A stretch of DNA of 37,119 bases from Acidobacteriota bacterium. Its GTDB lineage: Bacteria; Acidobacteriota; Terriglobia; Terriglobales; Acidobacteriaceae. The position numbers and the translations under genes were made by a program. How positions within the stretch are numbered: the stretch's first letter is position 1; every line of letters begins with the position of its first letter. Shown piece by piece: positions 11,601-20,706 of this stretch. The notes beneath the pieces were generated by a model. It saw nothing but the letters and a program-made list of their open reading frames with translations, was not told the DNA's origin and searched no databases. The stretch covers positions 1 to 37,119 of the forward strand of contig JANXQR010000171.1 in assembly GCA_025353435.1 (NCBI GenBank), given 5' to 3'.

Positions 11601-12013
11601 AAGTTGACGGGCTGGTCATGGCTCGTCGCGTTGAGCAATGCCTCCCCTGATCCTTGCGCGAAAGCCGCGAACTGGGTGCGGAGAACGTAGCGTCCGTTTT
11701 GAGGAATCTCCATGGACCAAGCGCCGGTAATATCGGTGGTCGTGGCGTAGCGCTTACCCGTCAACGTGTTCTGCGCGGTCACGGTGACGCCGGGCAGCGG
11801 AATATTTCCACTCTTCACTGTGCCGTGGAGTTTGCCGCCGATTACGGTGTCGGGAGAAGGTACCGGGGCAGTGGGCGGCTGCGGGATGGCTTGTTCCGGC
11901 TGACTGGCTGAGGGTGCGTTTTGCTGAGTCGGAGGGACCTGCGAAGTCGCGGCAAGGGTCATGCCCATGCACAACAGCATCGACAGTATCCCCAGCCTGG
12001 CCCTTCGCAGCAT
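8624..12013 (-). CDS. Oar-like TonB-dependent receptor family outer-membrane protein with carboxypeptidase-regulatory-like N-domain
   Basis: Signal peptide; GTVKSGNIPLPGVTVTAQN...TDITGAW; YAQDDWRASSKLTLNYGIRYE; APRLGFA; VIRGGYGI; YELPFG; C-terminal QFNARFRF beta-signal. GGGAG RBS precedes ATG 12013 (the track starts at TTG 12046). Confidence 0.9.
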   Translation of the reverse strand: MLRRARLGILSMLLCMGMTLAATSQVPPTQQNAPSASQPEQAIPQPPTAPVPSPDTVIGGKLHGTVKSGNIPLPGVTVTAQNTLTGKRYATTTDITGAWSMEIPQNGRYVLRTQFAAFAQGSGEALLNATSHDQPVNFDLMLASRAAAQEKQQEGQQNQMAQAIRQLAANGPQNLSLLSTVTGDIAAGGSASGGSGSGAVLPSAAGNSDFSGDSVAISGQAGSVSPMAGVDMDRLRDMMETMRSQFGGQGGGPGGGLFGGGGGFGGGGFGGGGPMFGGGGPGGGGGFGNFRNFNPSQPHGAVFWSGSNSALNAEPFSLRGQSQQQPASGTNRFGLTLMGAPFIPGVTKPSGKDSVFLNISGSRNSNPLDQYATVPTLAERAGNIPGLATPISPVPQAVALLNYIPEPNLPGDTQNFHLLTTQQSNSTQGGVRYMRSFGANASNFGMGSGAGGGRSGRNAQQTQPGLRQSINVNYNWSHSASDNVNIVPALGGKTASDSDSVQAGYTLGKGKLTSIFNANWNRSNSHTTNFFTSANDIATQVGILGPGGSALNASPLNYGLPSVVLSSFTGINQAQPSFSIGQTISLSETLAWIHGKHNFRFGGDYRRVHRDFLGGSNATGTFYFTGLYTGSSLGDFLLGEAQESSINSSINKSYLRDNVFDLYAQDDWRASSKLTLNYGIRYEFYAPYTEKHNRLSMVDTNPSEGFTSVSQVQAGATSPNYGKLPGGLVSPYPYAIAPRLGFALRLPKQTVIRGGYGINYTVSQYSTFANTMAHQPPFANQQTNEATTTCPNPQVACYSLANGFPAPNAIGNYAVNPHYHLPYVQAFNLDVQKTLPWGIVMNVGYNGSRGSNLDVKIAPRAVPSSPNTDHANIPFFFEEYGAFSRFNAGTLRVNKRMSSGISLGANYQYSHSIDDAGSVGGTSSIVAQNWLDIAADEGNSTFDQRHKVSGNYIYELPFGKDKFWLTTGRPSHIFEGFSVSGNFTFATGTPLTPTYQASISDVARGTTGTLRPDRVPGVSLAAGGGSLKQWFNTAAFTQPAGLYGTASRNSITGPGTVSNSMSLSKTIQFGDTRSIELRATADNVFNTVQYSGVYTTLYSGLESQRSSNFGQVSSVANMRSFQFNARFRF

Positions 12014-12111
12014 TGTCGCTCCCGGCCTCTTCGCGCCCGTACTCAAAGAGACGCAGCCGGAGCCGCCAAGGTTTACGACCGCAGCTGAAGGGTCCGTCGT
12101 AAACTCGGGCC

Positions 12112-12642
12112 ATGCACCCTATCGATGACCGCGGCTGCGACGTCCAGTTAGTTGAGCTGACCGACACTTCACCGCCAGAATTGCTGACGCACGGGCGCGA
12201 ACTTTTGCTCGAATATGGGCGGTTCGTCATAAGTCAGCCGGCGGCTGCACGGTTCTGCTTTGGCACGCTCGAGTCGGAAGCCAGGCGGCTGCCGCTGAGC
12301 TTTCAGGAGCAGGGCGGCGGGGCGCTTGTCGGACTGGTGAATGGAAGGCCCGCCGGCTTCGTTGCGTGGCGATTGGCGCCTGGACACTTAGCGGAAAATT
12401 CGTGGGAGTTGAAGCGGCTATGGGTTCGCCCGGAGGGACGCGGAACCGGGTTGGGGCGCGCGTTGACCCAGGCCGTTCTCGACAAGGCCATGACTGCCGG
12501 GCGAAACGCCGTGTATCTCGACACTGTGCCCAGTGACATGGCGGCCGCGCATCGCCTGTACCTTGCGATGGGTTTTGTGCCCTGTGTTGCGTATGGTGAC
12601 AACCCCATTGAAGAGGTGGAGTATCTTGTGAAGCGTTTCTAA
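12112..12642 (+). CDS. GNAT family N-acetyltransferase
   Basis: ELKRLWVRPEGRGTGLGRAL (acetyl-CoA motif A), VYLDT, AAHRLYLAMGF. Confidence 0.92.
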   Translation: MHPIDDRGCDVQLVELTDTSPPELLTHGRELLLEYGRFVISQPAAARFCFGTLESEARRLPLSFQEQGGGALVGLVNGRPAGFVAWRLAPGHLAENSWELKRLWVRPEGRGTGLGRALTQAVLDKAMTAGRNAVYLDTVPSDMAAAHRLYLAMGFVPCVAYGDNPIEEVEYLVKRF

Positions 12643-12718
12643 TCCGCGCGCGCCTCCAGATAGTCTCAACAAGGATTTTGTCAGTTGGATTCTGGTTTCA
12701 GCATGAAAAGAACCCGCA

Positions 12719-12853
12719 ATGAAATTCATGTGAATTGCGTTGTGTGCTGTGGTGTTGCTGCTGGTCTTGCTTGGAATCAAGGCGAACGCGCAACAGGAGG
12801 CCAGTTTCCAAAGCGGCGATGGGAGGCGCACGGCGCGCTTTATCTTCCCCTAG
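12719..12853 (+). pseudogene. Remnant of a secreted-protein gene (signal peptide interrupted by TGA)
   Basis: The frame from ATG 12719 reads MKFM*IALCAVVLLLVLLGIKANA-QQEASFQSGDGRRTARFIFP*. It has a full n/h/c-region with an A-N-A cleavage site. Confidence 0.5.
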
Positions 12854-12972
12854 ACCTCGGCCCGCATGAGCAAGTTCTTTCATGGAAGCCTGAATCGGTG
12901 TTTCGAATTTTCACACAGTTGAGTAACACTTTCGTTGCAAATTGGTAATTATCTTGTTGCGCTTCGGAAACC

Positions 12973-13000
12973 TGTATGTTAACTCTTATGTCAACATACA
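12973..13000. promoter_or_regulatory. Inverted repeat TGTATGTT-N12-AACATACA, probable operator upstream of the XRE gene
   Basis: Perfect 8-bp arms with two further inner pairs, about 50 bp upstream of the regulator start, in an AT-rich stretch. Confidence 0.55.
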
Positions 13001-13049
13001 AAACTTAGTCGGCGGGCTCGTTGAGCCGCCGCGAATAGGACTCCCCGTG

Positions 13050-13397
13050 ATGAAGATTGGTACCACGATCCGTACGCACCGCCTCCACAAGGGGCTGTCG
13101 CAAGGTGACATAGAAAAAAAGACTGGCCTGCTCCGTTGTTACCTGTCGCGCGTTGAGAACGGTCACACCGTTCCGTCGCTCGACACCTTATCCAAGATCG
13201 CGCTGGCACTTGAACTGCCCATCTCGCAGTTTTTTGCAGATGACGCTCTTGGCAAGCACGTGGAAACACACAAGCTATCTGATGAGGAATTGAAGTTCCT
13301 TACCCAGATACGGCGCTACTCTACCAATTTGAATGAGAGCGACCGCAAGCTATTGTTGGCCATGGTAAGGAAGTTTGCAGCGACGGCAACGCGATAA
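13050..13397 (+). CDS. XRE family helix-turn-helix transcriptional regulator
   Basis: IGTTIRTHRLHKGLSQGDIEKKTGLLRCYLSRVENGHTVPSLDTLSKIALAL. Start reassigned to ATG 13050 or GTG 13047 after AGGA. Confidence 0.92.
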   Translation: MKIGTTIRTHRLHKGLSQGDIEKKTGLLRCYLSRVENGHTVPSLDTLSKIALALELPISQFFADDALGKHVETHKLSDEELKFLTQIRRYSTNLNESDRKLLLAMVRKFAATATR

Positions 13398-13541
13398 AGC
13401 TGAATCGATCCGGTGGGTAAGTTAGTCTCGATCGATCAAGAAGGCGGCTTCTTCAGGGAGAGCTATGTCCTTCGGTCGGGCATTGCTTCCGTTGAGTTGC
13501 TTCAGTGAGCGACTGCGGATTGAGTTGGAAATTCCTGCTCA

Positions 13542-14501
13542 CTACACGTCGTTGCCAAGATGGAAGATGGGCTCGACACCCTTGCCGCCAGAGAGCAGCG
13601 CCTGCTCTTCGTGTGGATCAAGCGGCTTGTAGTTCTGCGCAACGTCCATTGCGAGGCGGAAATATTTTTCGTCGCCCGGCGGAAGTGCAGCCGTGATGGG
13701 GTGACCGAGCGTCCAGCGCAGACCAAGTGCGGCTTCGTCAGGATAACCAGCGGGCTGATACCAGCATTTCGGCTCGGGATGATTCTGCTTTTGCTCCGCC
13801 GCCCACGTGGTTTTGGCCATGCCCTTCAGCGCCAGGATTCCCATTTGCTTTTCCTGTGCTCGCTTGAGAATCTGCGGGCCGAAGTTTGCTTGCGAAAACA
13901 AGACCCAGTTCACCGGGAAAAGCACGGTGTCGAAGTTATAGCGATCGAGCGCGGCCAGCGCGGTCTCCACAGAGTGTACTGAGAATCCGATGTAGCGGAT
14001 CTTGCCTTCTTTCTTCGCCGCCTCCATGGTCTCCATCGCGCCGCCAGGGCCCAGCACCCGGTCCAGTTCCGTCATCTTGGTGAGCGCGTGGAATTGGTAA
14101 AGATCCACGTGATCGGTCTTCAGCAGGCGCAGGGATTCCTCGAGCTGCTTGCGGCTGTCGTCCTTCATGCGGCCTTCGGTCTTGCAGGCTAGAAAACAAT
14201 TCTTGCGATAGGGCGCGAGCGCGGCCCCCAGACGCTCCTGCGCGTTGCCGTAGCTTGGTGCCACATCAAAGTAATTGATGCCGCGATCGACGGCTTCGGC
14301 AACGATGTTAGAGGCGGTGCCCGTTTCTTCGTTCATCACCACGATACCGCCGAAGCCGATGATGGAAAGCCGCTCGCCGGTCTTGCCGAGGGTGCGCCGG
14401 GCGATGGGCTGCGCTGGAGTTTTCGCGCCGTGAAGCTGGTTGGCTGACGCAACGGTGGCTGCCGTGATGGCGGCTTGCTTAAGGAAAGCGCGGCGTTCCA
14501 T
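13542..14501 (-). CDS. Aldo/keto reductase with twin-arginine leader
   Basis: MERRAFLK leader; RRTLGKTG, GINYFDVAPSYG, SLRLLKTDHVDLYQFH, GKIRYIGFS. Start reassigned to ATG 14501. Confidence 0.92.
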   Translation of the reverse strand: MERRAFLKQAAITAATVASANQLHGAKTPAQPIARRTLGKTGERLSIIGFGGIVVMNEETGTASNIVAEAVDRGINYFDVAPSYGNAQERLGAALAPYRKNCFLACKTEGRMKDDSRKQLEESLRLLKTDHVDLYQFHALTKMTELDRVLGPGGAMETMEAAKKEGKIRYIGFSVHSVETALAALDRYNFDTVLFPVNWVLFSQANFGPQILKRAQEKQMGILALKGMAKTTWAAEQKQNHPEPKCWYQPAGYPDEAALGLRWTLGHPITAALPPGDEKYFRLAMDVAQNYKPLDPHEEQALLSGGKGVEPIFHLGNDV

Positions 14502-14595
14502 GGGGGACTCCCTTCTGATTGAGAGCGAACTCAAAGACGGGCGAGCCGCTTATGCGAGTCATTGTTGCACAGACTTGGCATTGCGGGCAGGGCGC

Positions 14596-15507
14596 CTAGC
14601 GCGGGGGTTGTTGCGCGAGGAAAAAACCGAATAGCGACAGCACCCCCGTCACAATTCCGACGGCGACGCGAAGGCGCAGGTTGAAGGTGTTCCGCGACGA
14701 TCCTATGCGCGGGATCATTGGCGCGGCGAAGAGCAGGCCGCAAGCAAATCCACCCACATGAGCCATGTTGTCGACGCCCATGCCAACTCCCATGGCGCTG
14801 GTGCCCACGTTTATTGAGAAGCCGATTACCAGGTTGATGGCAGCGAAGTAGATAACCGAACGGCGCAGCTTCTTCAACTCGTCCGGAGGAACCGGCAGGC
14901 GATCCGACTTGAGCAAGACAATAAGCGCGCCCGCGATTCCGAAAATAGCACCTGAAGCGCCGACGCCCACGTGCCCGACCAATCCGACCGCGCCGCCATC
15001 CAGGTTGTGAAACTTGAACCAGTTGTAGCAGATCGACAGGAGATTTCCCGCCGCACCGGTAAGCAGGTAAACAGCCACCACGCCAAAGGTGCCCATGAGC
15101 GGTTCGGCCAGCATGCCCAGGTTCCACAGGCACCACATATTTAGCGCCAGGTGCAAAATGCCGCCGTGAATGAACATCGCAGCGACAATTCGCCACCAAT
15201 GGTTGTAGTAAAGCACTAACCCGGCGTTATCGGCCCCCCAAATCAGCAACTTTTCCAAACTCGGTTTGATCGGGTTCGTACCAGTAAAAACCATCAGCAC
15301 ATAAACCGCGCAATTGATCCCCATTAACCCATAGGTGGCAGGCGCGGCGCCAAAGCGGCGGCGGGAGCGTTTCGGCGGTGGAGGTGGAGCGACTGTGTAG
15401 CCGCCGCCGTTATAGCTCGGCATCGGGTAGCCGTTGGAGACAGACCCGGGAGGCAGAATCTCCGGAACAGGTCCTTGTCCAGGCGAGGTTGGGGGCGTAC
15501 TTCCCAT
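14596..15507 (-). CDS. Rhomboid family intramembrane serine protease
   Basis: WWR motif, FIHGGILHLALNM, GASG catalytic Ser, AHVGG catalytic His, Pro-rich N-terminus. Confidence 0.93.
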   Translation of the reverse strand: MGSTPPTSPGQGPVPEILPPGSVSNGYPMPSYNGGGYTVAPPPPPKRSRRRFGAAPATYGLMGINCAVYVLMVFTGTNPIKPSLEKLLIWGADNAGLVLYYNHWWRIVAAMFIHGGILHLALNMWCLWNLGMLAEPLMGTFGVVAVYLLTGAAGNLLSICYNWFKFHNLDGGAVGLVGHVGVGASGAIFGIAGALIVLLKSDRLPVPPDELKKLRRSVIYFAAINLVIGFSINVGTSAMGVGMGVDNMAHVGGFACGLLFAAPMIPRIGSSRNTFNLRLRVAVGIVTGVLSLFGFFLAQQPPR

Positions 15508-15654
15508 ACCCTTCTACTGTAATTGATTACCGCATCAGGACGGGGTAATGGGAGTCACATTGGGCCGGGCTTGGGGATGTAGTCTGGAGCTTGGCTTGCG
15601 GGTCGCCGGTTGGATTCACAAGACGGCGATGGGAGCAGCTGCTAAGGAGAGATA

Positions 15655-17244
15655 GTGAGCGCGGAAAAGAAGATTCGGCGGGCCCTGCTGAGCGTGACGG
15701 ATAAGACGGGCCTGGTGGAGTTTGCGCAGGCGCTGGCGGGCTTCGGGGTGGAATTGGTCTCGACAGGCGGGACGGCACGTGCTCTGCGCGAGGCCGGCCT
15801 GTCCGTGAAGGACATCAGCGATCTGACCGGTTTTCCGGAGATGCTGGACGGCCGCGTCAAGACGCTGCACCCCAAGGTGCACGGTGGGCTGCTCTACATT
15901 CGCGGCAACGCGGATCACGAGGCTGCCGTGGCCGCGCATGGCATTGAGCCCATCGACATGGTAGTTGTGAATCTCTATGCCTTCGAAAAGACCGCCGCTC
16001 AGCCGGGCGTCGCCATCGGCCACCTCATTGAGAACATCGACATTGGCGGGCCTTCAATGGTTCGCTCCGCGGCCAAGAATTTTGAGGATGTGGCGATTGT
16101 GACGCGGGTGGCTGACTATTCCGCACTTGTTGAGGAGATGAAAGCGTGCGGCGGATCACTTGGCCGCGAGACCCGCTGGCGGCTGGCAAAGCAAGCGTTC
16201 GCTACGACCGCCGCTTACGATTCCGCCATCGCCGGCACCCTGGAGCGGATTGCGGAAGCGCCCGCGCCCGAGAAGCCGGCGGCACCTGAATTAGATGCCT
16301 TCCCGACGACGCTGCGGATTAACTTCGGGCTGGCGCAATCGTTACGCTATGGGGAAAATCCCCACCAGCGGGCGGCGCTTTACGCTGACGGTTTCGGCCT
16401 GGGCGTTGCTGGTGCTAAACAGTTGCAGGGCAAAGAGTTGAGCTTTAACAATCTGGTGGACTTGGACGCCTGCTGGGAGCTGGCCCAGGAGCTGAAGCCA
16501 AGCGAGTCAGATCTGCCGGCGGTGGCCATCATCAAGCACACCAACCCCTGCGGAGCAGCAACCGGAGCCACGGTACTCGAAGCCTACCGGAAGGCTCTTG
16601 AGTGCGATCCGGTTTCGGCGTTCGGTGGCGTCATCGGCATCAACCAGACTGTCGACGGCGAGGCAGCAGAGGAGATCGCCAAGCTGTTCGTCGAAGCCAT
16701 TGCAGCGCCCGGATTTACCCCTGAGGCTCGCGAGCGATTTGCAGCGAAGAAAAACCTGCGGCTGGTCGAAATCCACTCCGCGCCGTCGAAGCCAGTCTTG
16801 AAGCAGGTTTCTGGCGGGCTATTGCTACAGGATGCAGACACCGGCAAAGTGACCGAATCAGAGCTGAAGGTGGTCACCTGGCGCCCCCCGTCCGCCGCGG
16901 AATTGCGCAGCCTGATCTTCGCCTGGCGAGTGTGCAAGCATGTGAAATCAAACGCGATAGTCTACGCGCGCGACGGGCAGACAGTGGGCATCGGGGCCGG
17001 ACAGATGAGCCGGGTGGACGCCGCCCGATTCGGCGCCATGAAGGCAGTTCTGCCGCTTCAGGGCACCGTCGCCGCTTCAGACGCCTTCTTCCCCTTCCCG
17101 GACGGTCTCGAGGCGGTTGCCCAGGCCGGGGCCACGGCGGTCATCCAGCCGGGCGGCTCGGTAAAGGATCAAGACGTGATCGCAGCGGCCGATAAGCTTG
17201 GTATTGCCATGGTGCTTACGGGAATTCGCCACTTCCGCCATTGA
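15655..17244 (+). CDS. purH: Bifunctional AICAR transformylase / IMP cyclohydrolase
   Basis: [83 protein letters not shown]. Confidence 0.98.
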   Translation: MSAEKKIRRALLSVTDKTGLVEFAQALAGFGVELVSTGGTARALREAGLSVKDISDLTGFPEMLDGRVKTLHPKVHGGLLYIRGNADHEAAVAAHGIEPIDMVVVNLYAFEKTAAQPGVAIGHLIENIDIGGPSMVRSAAKNFEDVAIVTRVADYSALVEEMKACGGSLGRETRWRLAKQAFATTAAYDSAIAGTLERIAEAPAPEKPAAPELDAFPTTLRINFGLAQSLRYGENPHQRAALYADGFGLGVAGAKQLQGKELSFNNLVDLDACWELAQELKPSESDLPAVAIIKHTNPCGAATGATVLEAYRKALECDPVSAFGGVIGINQTVDGEAAEEIAKLFVEAIAAPGFTPEARERFAAKKNLRLVEIHSAPSKPVLKQVSGGLLLQDADTGKVTESELKVVTWRPPSAAELRSLIFAWRVCKHVKSNAIVYARDGQTVGIGAGQMSRVDAARFGAMKAVLPLQGTVAASDAFFPFPDGLEAVAQAGATAVIQPGGSVKDQDVIAAADKLGIAMVLTGIRHFRH

Positions 17245-17480
17245 TTGGGCCGGGTAAGATGCAGCCCGGCGGCGTTCGTTCCCGAAATGTGCTCTATCTC
17301 ACTCTTCCTTGCCTTTCGTCAGCCCAAATTGGCAAAAAAGGCTCATTCTGGAATCGATCGTACTAATTGGCGCGTAGAATCGTCTTTAATGACAGGCGCC
17401 TACATAGTTGGCTGCCTGAGCAGCCGTTGGGCCCTGCCTTTTGGGATACATTTCCCCACGCCGCGACTGCCGAGGCCTGA

Positions 17481-19634
17481 ATGTCTAGATTGAACATGAT
17501 GAATCGAAACCGTTTGTCTCTTCTTTGGATGCCGCTCGCAACCGCCCTTTTGGTGGTCCCGCCGATCAGCGCCGTTGCCCAAACCCCCGAAAAGCCTCCG
17601 GTCGCAGACTCCGGTTCCGCCGCTGCCACACCCGCGACAACGGACACGACGCAGCCCAACCGCGCACAGGCCTACTATCATGCCGCGTTGGCTGCCCTCT
17701 ACGAGGAGCAGGCTGTGAACACGGGGAAACCCGAGTTCGTGCAGCACGCCATCGACGAATATAAATATGCCCTCAATGCGGACCCAGGCTCGGCGGAGCT
17801 GCACGGCGGCTTGGCCGATCTCTACTTCAGGACGGGTCGCGCCCGCGAGGCGGAAGCTACGGCCCGGGAATTGCTGAAATCGCATCCCGAGGATGTGGCC
17901 GCACACAAGCTCCTGGGACGGATTTATCTGCGCCAACTCGGCGAACAGCAGAACTCCGTTTCTTCGGCGTCACCTTCCGGCAATACGCTCGATCAGGCCA
18001 TCACTGAGTTCGAGAAAATTGTTTCGCTGCTGCCAAAGAGCGTGGAAGACCACATGGTGCTGGGGCAGCTCTACACGGTGAAGCACCAGGCAGCCAAGGC
18101 GGAAGCGCAGTTCAAGTTGGCACAGGATATCGAGCCGGAGTCGGAAGAAGTGGTGCTAAACCTGGCCCGCGTCTACGCCGAGTCCAGCGATCTTGACCAC
18201 GCCGCAAAGGTGATTGAAGCGGTTCCTGAAGCCGACCGTACCGGCCGTATGGAATTCACCCTGGGCGCGACCTATGACCAGTTGAAGCGTCCCAAGGATG
18301 CGATTGCCGCCTACAAGCGAGCTGCCGATTTGCAGCCGGGCGACGTACCTACCATGAATGCACTCGGGCAGGCCCTGCTCAACGACGGCCAGCTTGAGGC
18401 CGCGCTGAAGAATTACAAATCACTTTCCCAAGCCGATCCCGACGATGCCGGCGCGTTGATTCACATTGCTGAAATCCAGCGCCGCATGAGCAAATACGAA
18501 GACGCGCTCACCACCATCCGCAAAGCCCGTAAGAAGGACCCCGAGAATCTGGAAGCCGGCTACAACGAAGGCCTGCTGCTTGACGTGCTGGGCCACTATG
18601 ACGAGGCCGCTTCCACTTACGACAAGATGGTGGACCAGACCTCCCATGCCAATGGCGCCTATACTTCCGAGGAAAAGAATAATCGCGGCATCTTCCTTGA
18701 ACGCCTTGGCGCTGTGTATCACGAGCAGAACAAGGTGGACGAGGCCATCGCCACCTATCAGAAGATGATTGAAATGGGCGGCGACGCTGCAACCCGCGGC
18801 TATCAGCTCGAAGTGGATACTTACAACGACGCGCGCATGTTTGAAAAGGCGGTCGAAATCTCCCGCAAGGCAGTTGCGGCTAACGCCGACGATCGCGAAC
18901 TGAAGCTGATGCTGGCCGGCGAACTTGTGGATGAGGGCAAGACCGACGATGGCCTGAACATGGCCAAATCCTTGCTCGACAACTCCGACAAGGATCGCCC
19001 TGTCCATTTCGCGCTGGGTAACATGTACACCCGTCTGCGCCGCTGGAAGGAAGCTGACGACGCCCTTTCCAAGGCGACTCCCATGACCGCCAAAAAGGAA
19101 GACAAGATCTATTTGCTATTCCTGAAGGGAGCGCTTGCAGACCGCCAGAAGCACACCGACCAGGCCGAAGCGTTCTTCCGCCAGGCGCTGGAAATTGACC
19201 CGAATAACGCGATGACCCTCAACTATATGGGCTACATGTTCGCGGACAAGGGCCTCCGCCTTCCTGAAGCGTTGAAGCTGGTTCGCAAGGCTGTCGAGCA
19301 GGAGCCGATGAACGGCGCCTATCTCGATTCGCTTGGCTGGGTCTACTTCAAGATGGGTGAGTTCGAGATGTCGGAAGAGAATCTTCGCCAGGCTGCGGAG
19401 CGCGATCAGACCGATCCAACGGTTCACGATCATCTCGGCGATCTGTACGAGAAGACAGGCCGCATCCGCCTCGCCGCTGCCCAATGGGAGCTCTCCCTGA
19501 CCGAATTCCAGAAAACCCCGGCAACCGACATGGAGCCCGGTGACGTGGCCAAAGTCCAGCACAAGCTGGAAGGTGCCCACGTGAAGCTGGCTAAGCAGGA
19601 GAATGCTTCCGGCGCCCCGACTTCCAAGCCCTAG
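17481..19634 (+). CDS. Secreted tetratricopeptide-repeat protein (C-terminus resembles the LbcA/PA4667 type)
   Basis: Signal peptide (AVA-Q), many 34-aa TPR units, LNYMGYMFAD...YLDSLGWVYFKMG...DHLGDLY. Confidence 0.9.
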   Translation: MSRLNMMNRNRLSLLWMPLATALLVVPPISAVAQTPEKPPVADSGSAAATPATTDTTQPNRAQAYYHAALAALYEEQAVNTGKPEFVQHAIDEYKYALNADPGSAELHGGLADLYFRTGRAREAEATARELLKSHPEDVAAHKLLGRIYLRQLGEQQNSVSSASPSGNTLDQAITEFEKIVSLLPKSVEDHMVLGQLYTVKHQAAKAEAQFKLAQDIEPESEEVVLNLARVYAESSDLDHAAKVIEAVPEADRTGRMEFTLGATYDQLKRPKDAIAAYKRAADLQPGDVPTMNALGQALLNDGQLEAALKNYKSLSQADPDDAGALIHIAEIQRRMSKYEDALTTIRKARKKDPENLEAGYNEGLLLDVLGHYDEAASTYDKMVDQTSHANGAYTSEEKNNRGIFLERLGAVYHEQNKVDEAIATYQKMIEMGGDAATRGYQLEVDTYNDARMFEKAVEISRKAVAANADDRELKLMLAGELVDEGKTDDGLNMAKSLLDNSDKDRPVHFALGNMYTRLRRWKEADDALSKATPMTAKKEDKIYLLFLKGALADRQKHTDQAEAFFRQALEIDPNNAMTLNYMGYMFADKGLRLPEALKLVRKAVEQEPMNGAYLDSLGWVYFKMGEFEMSEENLRQAAERDQTDPTVHDHLGDLYEKTGRIRLAAAQWELSLTEFQKTPATDMEPGDVAKVQHKLEGAHVKLAKQENASGAPTSKP

Positions 19635-19651
19635 TTGCTTCGCACCCATTC

Positions 19652-19698
19652 AAACGAAAGGCCCGCATCCCGATGAAGGGGTGCGGGCTTTTCGTTTT
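19652..19698. terminator. Bidirectional intrinsic terminator
   Basis: AAACGAAAGGCCCGCATCCC-loop-GGGGTGCGGGCTTTTCGTTTT between the convergent TPR and SBP genes. Confidence 0.88.
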
Positions 19699-19722
19699 CT
19701 GGCAATGACTTGCTGGTTGGAA

Positions 19723-20706
19723 TTACTTGCTGCCCGCAGCTGCTGAAGACAGGTAGAAGTCCACGTTATTCTTGTCCACCAGCAACGTGCCCGTGTCGAC
19801 AAACATTGGGTAGGGCGAGAACGAGTCCACGCCGAAGTCCTTGTCCATGTGCGCCGGCGGCGCGTGGAATACCTCGTCGAGTGCCTTCAATCCGACGAAG
19901 CCCATGGTGTAGGGCTTCTGGGCAATCGTTGAATCGATGGAACCTCCTTTAATGCCGTCGAGCGTGTCCTGGTTCACGTCAAATGCCACTAGCAGCCGGT
20001 CCGTAGCATTGGCCCGCTTGATCGCATCAGAAACCATCTTGCCTGATGCCGAATCGAGGCACACGAATCCGTCGATCTTCTTAGCGCCGGTCTGCCCGAG
20101 CAGTTCCTGGGACTTGTCGAAGGCCATCCGCGCGTCGCCCTTGATGTCGATGACCTCAACGATGTTGATTTGCGAATTGCCCAGTGCATCCCTGAAGCCC
20201 TTCAGACGATCCTCCGTGTTGGGCTGTCCGGTGATTGTGAACACGATGAGGTTGCCTTTATTCTTGAGTTTCTCAACCACACGCTTTCCGCTCAGGTGGC
20301 CTGCGTCCAGGTTATTGGTGCCGATAAAGAAGAGCCTGTGGCTGGCCGCCGCATCGGAGTCAATCGTAATGACCGGCACGCCAGCCTGCACCGCGGCATC
20401 GATGCCCGGCTGCAGGATTGCCGCGTCCGCCACCGAGATCAGGATGCCGGCCGGCTTGGCCGCGACCGCCTGATTCAGAGCGGCAAGCTCCGCCTGGGCA
20501 TCGTAGCCGTCAGGACCCACCACCTTGGACGTTACCTTGTATTGAGCCGCCGCATGGCTGAATCCGTCCGCTGCTGTTTTCCAATACGGAAGCGCTGAAT
20601 TGGCGCTCACCATGTAGTAGGTTTCTTTGAGGGAGTGCCGCTCGCACCCACAAACCGCCAGTGCGGTTACAAGTCCCACCCAGGCCACTGCTGAATTCCT
20701 CGTCAT
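19723..20706 (-). CDS. Periplasmic sugar-binding protein (LacI/RbsB-like type I fold), probable lipoprotein
   Basis: Lipobox-like AVCGC, PYWK, AGVPVITIDSD, FIGTNN, RLKGF, IAQKPYTMG. GGAGGA RBS before ATG 20706. Confidence 0.88.
   Translation of the reverse strand: MTRNSAVAWVGLVTALAVCGCERHSLKETYYMVSANSALPYWKTAADGFSHAAAQYKVTSKVVGPDGYDAQAELAALNQAVAAKPAGILISVADAAILQPGIDAAVQAGVPVITIDSDAAASHRLFFIGTNNLDAGHLSGKRVVEKLKNKGNLIVFTITGQPNTEDRLKGFRDALGNSQINIVEVIDIKGDARMAFDKSQELLGQTGAKKIDGFVCLDSASGKMVSDAIKRANATDRLLVAFDVNQDTLDGIKGGSIDSTIAQKPYTMGFVGLKALDEVFHAPPAHMDKDFGVDSFSPYPMFVDTGTLLVDKNNVDFYLSSAAAGSK

Noticed and set aside
12731-12733. In-frame TGA as selenocysteine or programmed readthrough
   Set aside because: It falls in a signal-peptide n-region, has no evident SECIS-like hairpin or redox motif, and the frame ends 40 codons later. 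Decay is the simpler explanation.
15508-15654. ZMP/ZTP (pfl) riboswitch expected upstream of purH
   Set aside because: I could not find the conserved GACTGGCG...GTGG...CCAC...GCC..CGCCTGGGC elements. Only a generic GTCGCCG/CGGCGAT hairpin is present. An Rfam RF01750 scan would settle it.
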